64,000 nt of DNA from Octopus sinensis. Its lineage: Eukaryota. Below, in pieces: positions 12,913-25,927 of the stretch (position 1 is the stretch's first letter; each line of letters begins with the position of its first letter). The notes below the pieces were generated by a model. It searched no databases. It was given only the letters and a program-made list of their open reading frames with translations, and was not told the origin of the DNA. A program made the position numbers and the translations under genes. The stretch is taken from NCBI RefSeq assembly GCF_006345805.1, contig NC_043019.1, positions 23,621,360 through 23,685,359 on the forward strand. The letters are read 5' to 3'.

Positions 12913-13253
12913 GGGGGTAAAGACCCCCTTCGGTCATGAATGACCATGGGATTGCACCTAGAAAGTTACCCTCCTAGACACAAGTCCGGGCAAGGTTGTT
13001 TTATGGAAGACCAGCAGTCGCCCATGCATACCAGCCTCCCCTCTCCACGCCACCAGTGTTATCCAAGGGAAAGACAAAGGTCGATACAGCTTGGCACCAG
13101 TGACGTCGCAACTCATTTCTACAGCTGAGTGAACTGGAGCAACGTGAAATAAAGTGCCTTGCTCAAGAACACAACACGCAGCCCGGTCCGGGAATCGAGC
13201 TCACAACCTTACGATCGTAAGCTCGACGCTCTAACCACTGAGCCATGCGCCTT
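12913..13253 (-). mobile_element. CORE-type SINE, subtype C1
   Basis: tRNA head GGCGCATGGCTCAGTGGTTAGAGCG...GCTCGATTCCC followed by CORE-like GTGTTCTTGAGCAAGGCACTTTATTTCACGTTGCTCCAG. Confidence 0.88.
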
Positions 13254-13690
13254 CATAAGAACGGTTATTAATAGTTGAAAGATATCGATGACAATATCAT
13301 CAATAACAACACTCTTGCCGTAGTATTGTTGCCAACTTGCTAGAGTGGACAGCAATGAGGTATCAATAAGAAACGCTACTAATAATCTTTTCATTCAGAA
13401 AAAAAAACAAAAAAAAAAGCTGGTAAGACCGAGAAATATTGAGAGATTTAACAACTTTGTATTTAAACTAAATATAAAAGACAAAATAGGAAATACAAAA
13501 GATACTAAATAAAAGCAGTCGCGTTTCCTGTATAACCTGTTTAAAAGAGAGACAGAGTGAGGTGCAGTGAATAGAAATATGTATAGAAACGTGCGTATAA
13601 ACGTGCGTATATGAAAAGTGTCTATATTATTGATTTATGGAATTAATTATTCATGCGACTAAATGGTATAGAAAATATATTAAAATTATA

Positions 13691-14087
13691 TACTCTTTTT
13701 ACTCTTTTACTTGTTTCAGTCATTTGACTGCGGCCATGCTGGAGCACCGCCTTTAATCGAGCAACTCGACCCCGGGACTTATTCTTTTTGTAAGCCCAGT
13801 ACTTATTCTATCGGTCTCTTTTGCCGAACCGCTAAGTAACGGGGACATAGACACACCAGCATTGGTTGTCAAGCAATGCTAGGGGGACAAACGCACATAC
13901 GCATATATACATATATATATATACATATATACGACGGGCTTCTTTCAGTTTCCGTCTACCAAATCCACTCAAAAGGCTTTGGTCGGCCCGAGGCTATAGT
14001 AGAAGACACTTGCCCAAAGTGCCATGCAGTGGGATTGAACCCGGAACCATGTGGTTGGTAAACAAGCTACTTACCACACAGCCACTC
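13691..14087 (-). mobile_element. SINE family A, near full length
   Basis: Head GAGTGGCTGTGTGGTAAGTAGC, internal (TA) tract, tail ACAAGTAAAAGAGTA. Confidence 0.93.
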
Positions 14088-14509
14088 AGGGGATAATCAG
14101 GAAAAAATATAGGAAATAAATCGGAAAAAGTCCATGTTCTTACGCAGTAGAAGAAGCAAAACTAAATGTTGTTCAGATATTAAAACACAACATGTCCTCT
14201 AAGTTAACAAAATGGAAGCAACGTTTAGTCTGTAACAACGTCAAATTGATTTGGATGTTATCGATTAAGGAGTTGTGTAATTAAATAGAAGCTGTTTAGG
14301 AGCGTGTTTAAGATAAAAGTACAGATCTTAAGTTTAAATCTCAAGAATTTTGGGATAAATAAACAGCTTTTCAGTTAAGCGCGACTGGAAGAACTGTTTC
14401 GACAAGAAACTGGCGATACAGCTCTCTCGGTCTATCACTGACCAGTTGTTGTCCAATTGTTGTTGGTTCAACTTTCTTAAAATTCAGATATACTTTCATG
14501 AAACAGCTG

Positions 14510-14805
14510 TTCTTTCTTTTTATCTTTTACCGGTTTCAATCATTGGATTGCGGCCATGCCGGGGCATCGTACTGAAACTTTTGTCGAACAAATCGACCCT
14601 AGTACTAATTTTTTTGAAGCCTGGTATTTATTCTATCAGTTTTTTTTGCCGAACCGCTAGGTTACAAGGTCGTTGTGAAGCAGTGGAAATGGGGTGGATG
14701 GACAGCTACAAACACAAAGACACACACACATGCATATATACACGACAGGATTCCACACAGTTTCCGTCTACCAAATTCACTGACAAATCATTGGTCGACC
14801 CAGAG
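14510..14805 (-). mobile_element. SINE family A, diverged copy
   Basis: TGCGGCCATGC...AAATCGACCC...TATTCTATC...TTGCCGAACCGCTAG...TTTCCGTCTACCAAATTCAC. Confidence 0.75.
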
Positions 14806-15506
14806 TGTTCAATATATTCACTGTAAGGTTTCGGTCAAGAACTGCTACTCATGTATAGTTTAGTGTAGTATCCATGAGTAACAGATTTATTGAATAAACT
14901 ACATGAACCATTTACCGTCAAGTAGACAATTATTACGATTGATGCTCGGCGCAGGAGATGATTTAATAGTGTTAAAAGATCTCCATTTTTATCATTGTAA
15001 TTTCTGAAGGAACTCAAACAAGTTTTAACATACCGTTAAATTTAATCGTATTTCCGTTGAAGTTTTCATGGTAATTGCAGAGAATGAAGGGATGTTAAAT
15101 TATGGAACTCATTTGATCAAGACCATACAAGACAGTTATAATTTTCCCTCTAATCTTTAGGACATTAAACCCATGCATATATTATATCTTCACAGTGAAG
15201 CCGTTGTTTACAAGGGTTCTGTTGTAAATGGTGGCTTCTTTCTAAGTAAAGAAGGCTTCATTCGAAAACACTGTTGATATGCACCGATTCGAATTAAATT
15301 ACGTAAAATTTATTAAGCTTCTAGAAAATGTTCTGAAGTTATTTGTGTCAAGATTCAAGGTGATGTCTAAAAAAAAAAAATAAGAACTCTAGGTAGATTA
15401 GTGTCCACTGCAATACGTAATCCTATTTCACTAAATAGCTTTATTTGTAGGACTTTCTTAAATCTATCTAGCTCGTGGCCACTCATATTTCTCGATATTA
15501 TATATA

Positions 15507-15573
<67 letters not shown>

Positions 15574-16789
15574 GTGTGTATGTATATATGTACATACGTA
15601 CACACACATTCATACAAGCATGTGTGTGTGTATGTGCGTATGCGAAACAACATAACAACATTGCACATATGCACACACAAACATATACTCGCTCCCTTAC
15701 AGGGATGCAACCAAAAAGCTAAATCCATGTATAAATATATATTCCTGAATCAATCAATCAATTAACCAATCAATCAATCACTCACTCACTCACTCACTCT
15801 ACCTATCTGTCTGTGGATGTACAGAATTAGTAGAAAGTCTAGCAAAATACCTTGTAGTTTTTGGTTATGTCACCTGAAGGTGATATCTTATCGTGAACGG
15901 AACCTAATAACTAAAATGATTAAAATAATCTATTATAATTTTGCAGTAATTCTGTCTGTATGTCTGCACCCCTCTCACAAACTCGAACACAACATACAGA
16001 TGTGTCAAGAATAAGTTAATAAAACATATATATATATATATATATATATATGAATGTGTGTGTGCGTGTAAATGTACGGACTTGCTTTGTAATTTTGTAT
16101 TTCTTTGTCCATTTAACGACGGTTTTAATTAAGTTAAGAATATTGTAATAGGCTGCTTTATCGTTCAAACCAAATAATATTTAACCAGTGACACATTTCT
16201 CAATAGTGATAAAGCACATTGCTACCCAACTTATTTGTAAAACAATTTATTTCCATGGGTAGGCTCAACACACCTTTCTCCTCAGAGAAGGTGCACCTGT
16301 TTTAATGCATTTAATGACCATTGCAATGAAATTTGATATTTTATTATAAGAAACTCAACGGCGCAATTATTTACGTTGTTATTGTTTTTGGTAGCCCACA
16401 CAACGAAAGATATATTTCTGGCAAGACAAAAGCCACCAAATGATCATAAACTACCACTTTAAACGTAAAAGTTCCTATGTTTGACAATCCATTTTTTGGT
16501 CTTATAATTCGTAAACTCAATAGAAACGGTTTCGAAACTCAGCGTCTACTTACAAAATAATGAATGTTTTTCTCATGACCAGCTTTTTGTATTTTCATGG
16601 CTAGCTTCATACTTTTTTCGTGGCCAGTTTAACGTTTCTTTCGTGGTTAAATTTATGCTTCTCTCGTGGTGCCTATGTCCAGTGTAAGAAATTCAAGTGG
16701 ACTTCGCACTAAGGCACCCCGTCTCCCCCTCCCTAACCCAATCCAAAACGAAGAATGAAGATGGATATTTGGCAGAGAATATTCTGTCT

Positions 16790-17069
16790 CTTTTAGTTGT
16801 TTCAGTCATTAGATTGCGCCCATGTTGGGGCACCGCCTTGAAGAATTTTTTAGTTGTATCACTCGACCCTACTACTTATTTTTTAAAAGCCGGGTACTTA
16901 TTCTATCGTTCTTTTTTTTTTACCGAACCACTAAGTTACAGGGGCATAAACACACCAGCACCGGGTATCAAGCAGTAGTAGGGGACAAACACACATATCT
17001 ATCTATCTATCTATCTATCTATCTAGCTAGCTGTCTGTCTGTCTGTCTATCTATCTATCGGTCTGTCTA

Positions 17070-17133
<64 letters not shown>

Positions 17134-17290
17134 GTCTGTCTATCTATCTATATGTCTGTCTGTCTGTCTAGGGTTTGGTCGGACTGAAACTTTAGTCGAA
17201 GACCCTTACCCAGTGTGCCTCGGAGTGACATTGAACTCAGAACCATGTGGTTGGGGAACAAGCTTCTTACCACCCAGCCACGCCTGCACA
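16790..17290 (-). mobile_element. SINE family A, diverged, with expanded internal (TATC)n
   Basis: GTTTCAGTCATT...CACCGCC...AAACACACCAGCA...GAACCATGTGGTTGG. Confidence 0.75.
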
Positions 17291-17559
17291 TTGGAAATCT
17301 GTCGAGGTATATGTAATCTCAATTTTACAACAATCCACATCTTCGTTTCTGCATTGTCAACGCGTTATTCATTGACATCACATGTGTCAATCCATGGCCT
17401 TTCATTAAAAACAACATATATCTCATTATTTTCTTCAACATATATTTAGACATTTCTGGCGAAACCATCTGTGTAAACCACGTTAATATCATTCTATCAC
17501 TCCAAAAACACCTATATTTCGTTATAAGTGTTGTTATATTATTCTTAAACCCTGATGAA

Positions 17560-17780
17560 GTTGGCGAGCTAGCAGAATCGTTAGCACGCCGGGCAAAAAG
17601 CTTAGCGGCATTCCGTCCGACTTTACGTTCTGAGTTCAAATTTCGCCGGGGTCGACTTTACCTTTCATCCTTTCGGGGTCGATTAAAATAAGTACCAGTT
17701 GAACACTGGGGTAGATGTAATCGACTAAGCCCACCCCGCCAAAATTTCAGGCCTTGTGCCTATTATTAGCAAGGATTATT
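17560..17780 (+). mobile_element. SINE family B, alternative tail (GGCCTTGTGCC type)
   Basis: GGCGAGCTAGCAGAATCGTTAGC...GTCGACTTTACCTTTCATCCTTTCGGGGTCG...GGCCTTGTGCC. Confidence 0.88.
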
Positions 17781-18162
17781 AAACCTGATGCTAAATCATC
17801 TTTGTACCAACGCGCGTTCTTTTATAACTTTGTGCTCTTGTACCACTCACACCGGAACGGGATCATACTTCTCGTGGGGCATTTGGAAATAAAGAAAAGC
17901 TGATATAGAATAATTCTCTCTTGCTAGTTTCACCTCGTCTTAAATCATAAATGTCTTACCCTGTTATTTTTTTAGCAAAACGTCGTTGTCATCATGAAAT
18001 TTTCTGTCCACACACACACACACACACATATATATATTCTTTCTTCGTATGTAGGACGGGTATTAGGCCCATATATAAAAAATTATTATTAATATTTTTA
18101 ACCTTTTCTTGATTTGAACATCATAATCAATAAACTTCTAAGTTCGCCGAAGGAATAATTTC

Positions 18163-18166
<4 letters not shown>

Positions 18167-18259
<93 letters not shown>

Positions 18260-18260
18260 A

Positions 18261-18295
<35 letters not shown>

Positions 18296-18362
18296 GATGA
18301 TGATGATGATAATAATAATAATAATAATACTACTACTACTACTACTACTAATAATAATAATA
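18167..18362. repeat. (AAT)/(GAT)/(ACT) compound microsatellite
   Basis: Read directly. Confidence 0.95.
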
Positions 18363-19017
18363 ATGTGTGTGTGCGCGCGCGTGTGAGAGAGAGAGAAAGG
18401 GAGAGAGAAAGAGGGAGAGAGTGTATTTATGAGTCATTTCTACTTGGGTGCAGAAGCTACAGGGGACAGCAGAAAATAAACATTATCCCTCAAAAAAAAA
18501 AAAAAGAGAAAGAAAACTAGAAAATGAAAAGAAAAAAACGTGCCTAAAAGCCTCATTACTTTATTAAAATATATTTTTTTATTGTTGTTATTGCTGTTGT
18601 TGTTGTCATCACCATTGTTCTATATCTGTGTAACCAACATGGCGGCTAAATGTTTGTCCGGAACGAAAATAGCATATTTAGATTTACGCACACACATACA
18701 CATTTACACCACCCAAGGAAAAAATAACAGCGTGCATTTTAACCTAATTGTTGTTGTTATTTTCAATCTGTTTCTGGTTGTGTTATTATATGAAGCAGTT
18801 ATCTATTTTTGGTTACAGCACAATCACTATCTGATTAGGGGCAAAAATATAGGATCCTGCCACAAAATAAGTTAACAAACGAGCAGCAAAATGTGCTTAA
18901 ACACCCTCCTTTACTACGACTGGTGCTCTTGTTTCTGTGGTTGTTTTTGCTACTGGTTTTGTTGTCGGTGGTGGCAGTGGTTGCGGTGTTGCTGTTGTTG
19001 TCACTGATAAATATATA

Positions 19018-19601
19018 TGTTTCTTTATTACCCATAAGGGGCTAAACATAGAGGGGACAAACAAGGACAGACAAACGGATTAAGACGATTACATCGACCC
19101 CAGTGCTTAACTAGTACTTAATTTATCGACCCCGAAAAGATGAAAAGCAAAGTCAACCTCGGCGGAATTTGAACTCAGAACGTAACGGCATGTTTCTTTA
19201 TTCCCCACAAGGGACTAAACATAGAGGGGACAAACAAGGACAGACAAACGGATTAAGACGATTACATCGACCCCAGTGCTTAACTGGTACTTAATTTATC
19301 GACCCCGAAAGGATGAAAGGTAAAGTCGACCTCGGCGGAATTTGAACTCAGAACATAACAGCAGACGAAATACTTATTTCTTTATTACCCACAAGGGGCT
19401 AAACATAGATGGGACAAACAAGGACAGACAAAGGGATTAAGACGATTACATCGACCCCAGTGCTTAACTGGTACTTAATTTATCGACCCCGAAAGGATGA
19501 AAGGTAAAGTCGACCTCGGCGGAATTTGAACTCAGAATGTAACGGCAGACGAAATACGGCTACGCATTTCGCCCGGTGTGCTAACGGTTCTGCCAGCTCG
19601 C
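19018..19601 (-). mobile_element. SINE family B trimer with 16-bp TSD
   Basis: One head plus three bodies of about 180 bp; TSD CACTGATAAATATATA at 19002-19017 and 19602-19617. Confidence 0.93.
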
Positions 19602-19699
19602 CACTGATAAATATATAGCCAATAGGACTTACAATGGCGGTCAGCAAAAGAAAAAACTGTATCCACCATCAAGGCTTCTGAGACAAGTTTTGCAAGGCT

Positions 19700-20005
19700 G
19701 GACAAGAATGTCTTCGGGTCCACTGTTTGGACATTCCCCAGGTGATGATGGTCAACCCTTACGATTACTTAAAAAAAGATCAATCTAAATTGGTTAGAAC
19801 CGCATTGAAACCAGATTATAGTATAGCAGATCTGCAATATATTGTATAATAGGCCTGTTATTCAATGTATTGCGTCAGGAGAAGGTTGTCACGGATAGAT
19901 CTACCTGGACCACGCATGTTTATGTGTCTCTAACTAAACCACGGAAGACAAGCGCCTTTGGAGAGTGTCTTTGGCAAAATCTTAAATTTTCTGTTGAGTT
20001 AGGGG
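19700..20005 (-). mobile_element. L1/Tx1-clade reverse transcriptase remnant
   Basis: Minus-strand pieces NRKFKILPKTLS...PGRSIRDNLLLTQYI...NLD...RVDHHHL resemble the L1-type RT motifs KILAK / PGRSI.DN / LD..KAFDRVDH. Confidence 0.65.
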
Positions 20006-20029
20006 GCCTCATTATTATCATTAATATTA

Positions 20030-20320
20030 ATTTCAAATTTTGGCACTAGGCCAGCAATTTTGGAGGAGGGGGTTAGTCGAATACATGGATCTTAGTGATC
20101 AGATAATAATTTCAAATTTTTAGGACAAGGCCACTAAATTGTAAGGTGAATTCTTACACTCGACCCTAGTACTTGAGTGGTGCTTCAATTTATCGGCTCC
20201 GAAAGGATAAAATGCAAAGCTGGTTCTGATGGGATTGAAACTCTGAACGTAAAATACCATGACTAAAAACATAACCGCCAGGAATTTTCTCTGATATTCT
20301 TACCACTCCGCTTAAGCCAC
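20030..20320 (-). mobile_element. SINE family B, old diverged copy
   Basis: GGCACTAGGCCAGCAATTTT...CGACCCTAGT...CCGAAAGGATAAAATGCAAAG. Confidence 0.6.
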
Positions 20321-20324
20321 ACCT

Positions 20325-20375
<51 letters not shown>

Positions 20376-20376
20376 A

Positions 20377-20407
<31 letters not shown>

Positions 20408-20839
20408 GTGAAGTTGGAGGTTGGGCTACTTGCACTCAAGTAGGAAGTAAAATATGGCTTCCACTTAATGTCAGTTTCATTTGATTTTGGTGAGGTGTTG
20501 TATGGACTACATTCTCTTGTATAATGTGTTTCTTTTGTCATGTTTATAGGTGTGCGTTTGCGTGTGCGCGCGTGTAGGCGTGTAGAGGAAACGGCTCCAC
20601 AGCTTATGGGGGTTTTTTGTGGATCATATAGCGAACAAAAATAAAGCTGGCAGAGCATATATTTCAAACATGTTTTCAGAAGCATATTCCTGTTGTGTGT
20701 GTGTGGGTTTAGCATCAACCTTCATGCATCCGTGTGTGTGTGTGTGTGTGTGTGTGCGTGTGTGTGTGTATGCGTGTGTGTACCAATGAGAGAGATGTTG
20801 CTTGACGGAACAATTGCTTTGTCATCTTTTTATCTGTTA

Positions 20840-21221
20840 CTAGCAGTATCACCCGGCGTTGCTCGGGTTTGTAAGGGAAATAACTATAAAGCATTTTTAG
20901 AGAGTTATAGCCAAAAAATAGCAAAAGAATGGGAAAAAAATGATGGTAAATTTTTTTGAGAGTTAAAAGGTCGAGTTGCGTCCCCTAGACAGTCTGTGGT
21001 TTGTGTTTCTGATTCTCGACCCCATGTCGAATTTATCGATTTTTTTCAGAACTGGAGGAACTTTTCAAAATTTTCGCTGCGTTAGTTTTGAATTATGACA
21101 TTGGGCTATGTGTGTATCAAGTTTCATCAGAATCGGTTGAAAGCCGTGGTCAGGGTGAGGGTACAACCTAACAGACATACAGACACACACACAGACAAAC
21201 TGCCGTTTATATATAGAGAGA
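20840..21221 (-). mobile_element. Non-autonomous Helitron, complete (382 bp)
   Basis: Minus strand reads A|TCTCTCTATATATAAAC...ACCCGAGCAACGCCGGGT-GATACTG-CTAG|T: 5' TC, subterminal hairpin, 3' CTAG, A/T insertion site, no TSD. Confidence 0.92.
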
Positions 21222-22150
21222 TTATTCTTTCTAAAAATTCAAGGAGAACTTGAATCGTGAGGTTATGGTTTTGTTCTCGTTTTCAGGGACGGGCCCCTTC
21301 CTGGCTCTCAGGGCCCTGTGCACGCGTTTGATGTGGTCTGAGTTTTTTTTAAAATGGCTTTAGTTGTGATTATGAGAAACCGCCACCACCACCATCATCA
21401 CCAGCAACAGTAGCCGTTCAAGAATTTGGACCTGGAGATCTCCATTTCCAGCGACTTTGAGGGCCACCTCCCAGTGGTGTCGGGCGTCACCGAAGAGCCC
21501 TCTACTACAACAAGACGACCAAAGTTTTTTTTTTTCGAGGTGTGGGGTCTCCCGCCCCTAAGCCCTAGACCATCACCTAATCACTCTTACCCGTCTTATT
21601 GCTTAACAACAACAACAACAACAACAGCAACAGCAACAACAACAACACAACAACAACAACCACCAGCAACAGCACTAGCACCACCACTACCACTACCGTC
21701 GCCGCCGCCAAAAACCACCACCACCACCGCTAATACAACCTACTCGACATGTGCACGCATAGAGGCAAAGACGTAGACGCAAGACGTGGTAGAAGAAGGA
21801 GCTAGCATCGAGAATTTACGAAGCTTGAGTACAATGTGTGCGGGGAGAGCAATGGAAGAGGGTTTGGGTTGGTGAGCCATGGTGAGAAAACAAGTTGGGA
21901 TATACATATACACTATACACATTCAAATTATACACTTCACACAGAGCGTATAAATCTGTGGCTCTCAACCAATTTTTTTTTTTGTCTGTGGACTCCATTG
22001 ATTGTTATTTTACTCTACTGGACCCTCATCGCCATTCGGTGTTGATAAAAACATTCTTACTGAATTTTTGTCGTTAATTATTATTACGAACTGTATAAAA
22101 GTTAAAATATTTTGTGTCTCGCAAATACATTATTTATTACACACGGGGTG

Positions 22151-22467
22151 AGGGCGCGTGGCTTAGTGGTTAGGGAATTCGGCTCATGATCGTAAGGTTG
22201 TGAGTTCGATTCCCGGCGACGCGTTGTGTCCTTGAGCAAGACACTTTATTTCACGTTGCTCCAGTCCACTCAGCTGGCAAAAATGAGTTGTACTTGTATT
22301 TCAAAGGGTCAGCCTTGTCACTCTCTGTGTCACGTTGATTATCCCCGAGAACTACGTTAAGGGTACACGTGTCTGTGGAATGCTCAGCCATTTGCACGTT
22401 AATTTCACGAGCAAGCTGTTCCGTTGATCGTATCAGCTGGGACCCTCGTCGTCGCAACCGACGGAGT
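22151..22467 (+). mobile_element. CORE-type SINE, subtype C2
   Basis: GGCGCGTGGCTTAGTGGTTAGGG...GAGTTCGATTCCC...GTGTCCTTGAGCAAGACACTTTATTTCACG; tail ...CGTCGTCGCAACCGACGGAG. Confidence 0.9.
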
Positions 22468-22617
22468 AAAGAAGATTTATTACACATAAATGTTAACAAC
22501 AAAATCTTATGAAGACCCCCAAAGGCCATATGGACCCCAGAGGCTTATATGGGCTCCGGTTGAGAGCCACTGCTACATATGGCACATATACATCATACAC
22601 ACACATAAATGTATGCA

Positions 22618-22690
<73 letters not shown>

Positions 22691-22880
22691 TCAATTTCTG
22701 AATTACTACTACTTGGCGGTTTGAGTCCTGACTGCTCTTTCTAGTGGGTCGAATGGCCTATTAAGGCCATTCCTCAATTGTTGTTGAATTTATATATATA
22801 GTCTATGAATATTTTCTCTTTCTCACTAGACCGCTGGTGGCGAAAAAATTTCTATTGAATTTTTTGCTACCTTATATTGA

Positions 22881-22919
<39 letters not shown>

Positions 22920-22922
<3 letters not shown>

Positions 22923-24150
22923 GGAAATGCAGGTTGTTAGGGAGAGTTATGTCCTCAAGTTGAAGATAAGGTCTTTCCCCCTGTATTTGCAGATGTCGTT
23001 TGAGCTAAAGTGTTGGAGATTTGTACATTACTGACAAGTGGTCAAAGAAGCGACTAGCGAAGTAATATGACGGGTTTACGGAGTCCCCAGTCGGGGTTAT
23101 GACGGACACCGAGGAGGTACTCACAGAGCTTGTCACCTAACAGGCCACCCGTCTTGTCTAGGCACAGCAGAACCTGGATGATCGGAGGAAGTAAAGGATC
23201 GTGTTGTTCGGTGGATCCTTGTAGATTGGTTGTTTGGGAAATGAAGAGACAAATATGCCATCGAAGGGGAGGGGGAGATGCCTATGGTTGGGTGTGTCAC
23301 AGAACAAATTTAATTTTAGAACAGAATGTCACGTAGATATTCCTTTTCAAGTAAAAGAGTGTAGGATCAATAAAGTTAGGAGCGGTTAGCGGATCCGATT
23401 ACAGAGAGTGAAAGTTGTGATGGAGGGTGGGTGGGTGCGCTGAAGTGGGTGAGTCACAGGGGAAGAGAGAGCGGGGAGAGGGTGGGTGCGACTGAATGAT
23501 TGATGAACTGGACTCAGTGGTGGTGAGAGTTCGCGACAGCTTGAGGGTAGTCACATGTGAGCAAAAGATGACGCATTCGTTGGAAACAGTGTCATGATCC
23601 TTGTTGCAGAAGTGACGAGGTTGAAGGCATTGTGAGAAGGATGGTGGTGGTGGTGATGGGGGGGGGCGTTGATTTAGTGCCAATGGAATAAGAGGAAGAA
23701 GAGTCGAGGTAGAAGTGATAGTCTGTCGGTTTATTGTTTAAGCGGTGAGGTGAATACTGTGGTGGGGACAGAGATGTCCAGAAAGTTGATGAAGGTGCTT
23801 GAGATAGCGCAACAATGGTGGTTTGGAGGTAATTGACGCGGGAGATGAAAGGAGTAAATTACTTTCTGGTAGGTGAGATGACAGTGACAGTCATCGATAT
23901 AATTGAGCTTCGATTTGCTCCACAATCAATGGACATAATGGGGGTCTATTCAGATAGCTATGGCTGCTGCACTCAATTCTTGGCAAATTTCTATCAAGAA
24001 AACTGCGCAACGAAAGCGGCATAAAGGGATTTGATATCGATGGTGAAGCGGAGAGTCTAGAGAGTCCAGGAGAGAAGAAAAATAGTTGAAAGGGCAGGGC
24101 CCTTGATATAGTAAGGAAAGATGAGCAGCCGCAGAAAGGAACGACATCAG
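22920..24150 (-). mobile_element. Penelope-like retroelement remnant (RT C-terminal part plus GIY-YIG region)
   Basis: Minus-strand pieces ISSTFINFLDISV, KPTD.H.YLDSSSS, FSQCLQPRHFC, KTGGLLGDKLCEYL and DLIFNLRT resemble PLE RT and endonuclease motifs; the 3' end abuts (TA)n. Confidence 0.75.
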
Positions 24151-24939
24151 GTAGCCGAGGTAGCTTGAGGTAAAATGTTGCTGTCGTTGACTTCATTTCT
24201 TATTTCTTCAAGATTTCTAAAACGAGAACCGAATCTATACTATTTGCTATTCGGTCGACTATGGAACTTCTGGACACATGTGATATTTATTCCATCGTCC
24301 CTGGAAAATCTTCTTCAAGCTGTTTCTCATAATATTCTGTCCACGAATCTTTCTCCTCCATTAATTGTGGAAGATTTTCAGTCTCAGTTTGTGTATGGGT
24401 CTGCTGATATCATTGTAGTTGAGTGGTCTTTGTCTTATATTAGCGGGTTGGGAGTCTCCAAAATATAACAACTGGTATGACCTGATGTTCAAAGCATTAT
24501 TACTGGCCAGCAAAGGCTACCCCGCTTTGAGTAATAATAATAGTAGAGACGAGTGAAATGTGTTCATGAATCGCTTTGTTTTTGTGCTCATGCCTTGCGA
24601 TATTAGAACTCTCATGAAAAGCCTGGTGTATATATATATATATATATAGCTTCAATGTGATATTGAAGATCTCTCTTCATAGCCTAGAATTTGGCTCCAT
24701 AGAGAACAATGCTTTAGACATGCTTTGCATAAGACAAGCGTTGCTGACTTTGAAATACTTAACTGCCAGATGTCCTGCAGTTTGTCAAAAGTTATTTCTG
24801 TCAACAACATTGGACAAAGATAAATTCCTGGAAAATATCAGATCGAAACTCGAAATGTTCCAGGATTAAAGTAAATTGCTGGAAGGTGATTAGTTATGTT
24901 CTCAGACTTTTCTTCCATTCCTTAATTGTTTTTTAATGA

Positions 24940-25298
24940 TCTCTCTATATATAAACGGCAGTTTGTCTGTGCGTGTTTCTGTGTGTCTGTCAGGTTGTAC
25001 CCTCACCCTGACCACGGCTTTCAACCGATTCTGATTAAACTTGACACACACATAGCCCAATGTCATAATTCAAAACTAATGCAGCGAAAATTTTGAAAAG
25101 TTTCCCCAGTTCTGAAAAAAATCGATAAATTCGACATGGGGTCGAGAATCAGAAACACAAACCACAGACTGTCTAGGGGACGCAACTCGACCTTTTTAAC
25201 TAAAAAAAATTTACCATCATTTTTTTTCCATTTTTTGGCTATAACTCTCTAAAATGCTTTATAGTTATTTCCCTTACAAACCCGAGCAATACTGCTAG
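24940..25298 (+). mobile_element. Non-autonomous Helitron (same family as 20840) with hairpin arm deleted
   Basis: A|TCTCTCTATATATAAACGGCAG...CCCGAGCAA-TACTGCTAG|T. Confidence 0.92.
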
Positions 25299-25873
25299 TT
25301 AACTATATTTAGAATATGTTTACGTATAAAACTATATGTAAACTAAAGTTACATATAAAAACATATTTCGTAAGAAAATATGGTGTATATTTTTGTCATG
25401 TGTTTTTAGTTGTGGTATAAATAAGATTAATTAATGTATATTTGCGTAAGCAATTAATTAATATATTTATTTTTGTGTATGTGTTTTATTACTGTATTTG
25501 TTTTTGTATACTTGCGTAATGAAAAGCCGAGTGCCGAGCTTCCTTTAATGTCTAATCTTTCTTCCATCCCCCAACATTTTTCAAATGGTTAACTATATTT
25601 AGGATATAGTTACATACAGTGAGTATACGTAATATTTACAAATATATAAACTATATTCACATACGTAAAAGACTTACTCTTTTACGTATGACAATTAATC
25701 CTTACAGTATTCCCTTTTTTTTTGTTGATGTATACTTATAATTTATTTTTGTTTGTTTGTAGTCATGCTTTATTGACACCAATATAAGTATATCTTTAAT
25801 GTTTAATCAATCAACCAGAGTCCATCAAGCAAAAAGCCTCTTCCTGCCGTCGGAATATAGAAATATTCCAAAA

Positions 25874-25875
<2 letters not shown>

Positions 25876-25927
<52 letters not shown>

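Noticed and set aside
18630-18650. AACATGGCGGC, YY1-like promoter motif
   Set aside because: Single short motif with no supporting promoter or first-exon context.
19018-19601. Regularly spaced repeats suggestive of CRISPR
   Set aside because: Units are whole SINE bodies of about 180 bp with no unique spacers; eukaryotic context, no cas genes.
22153-22220. tRNA-like A and B boxes here and in other SINE heads
   Set aside because: They run straight into SINE bodies and lack a proper acceptor stem, so they are not tRNA genes.
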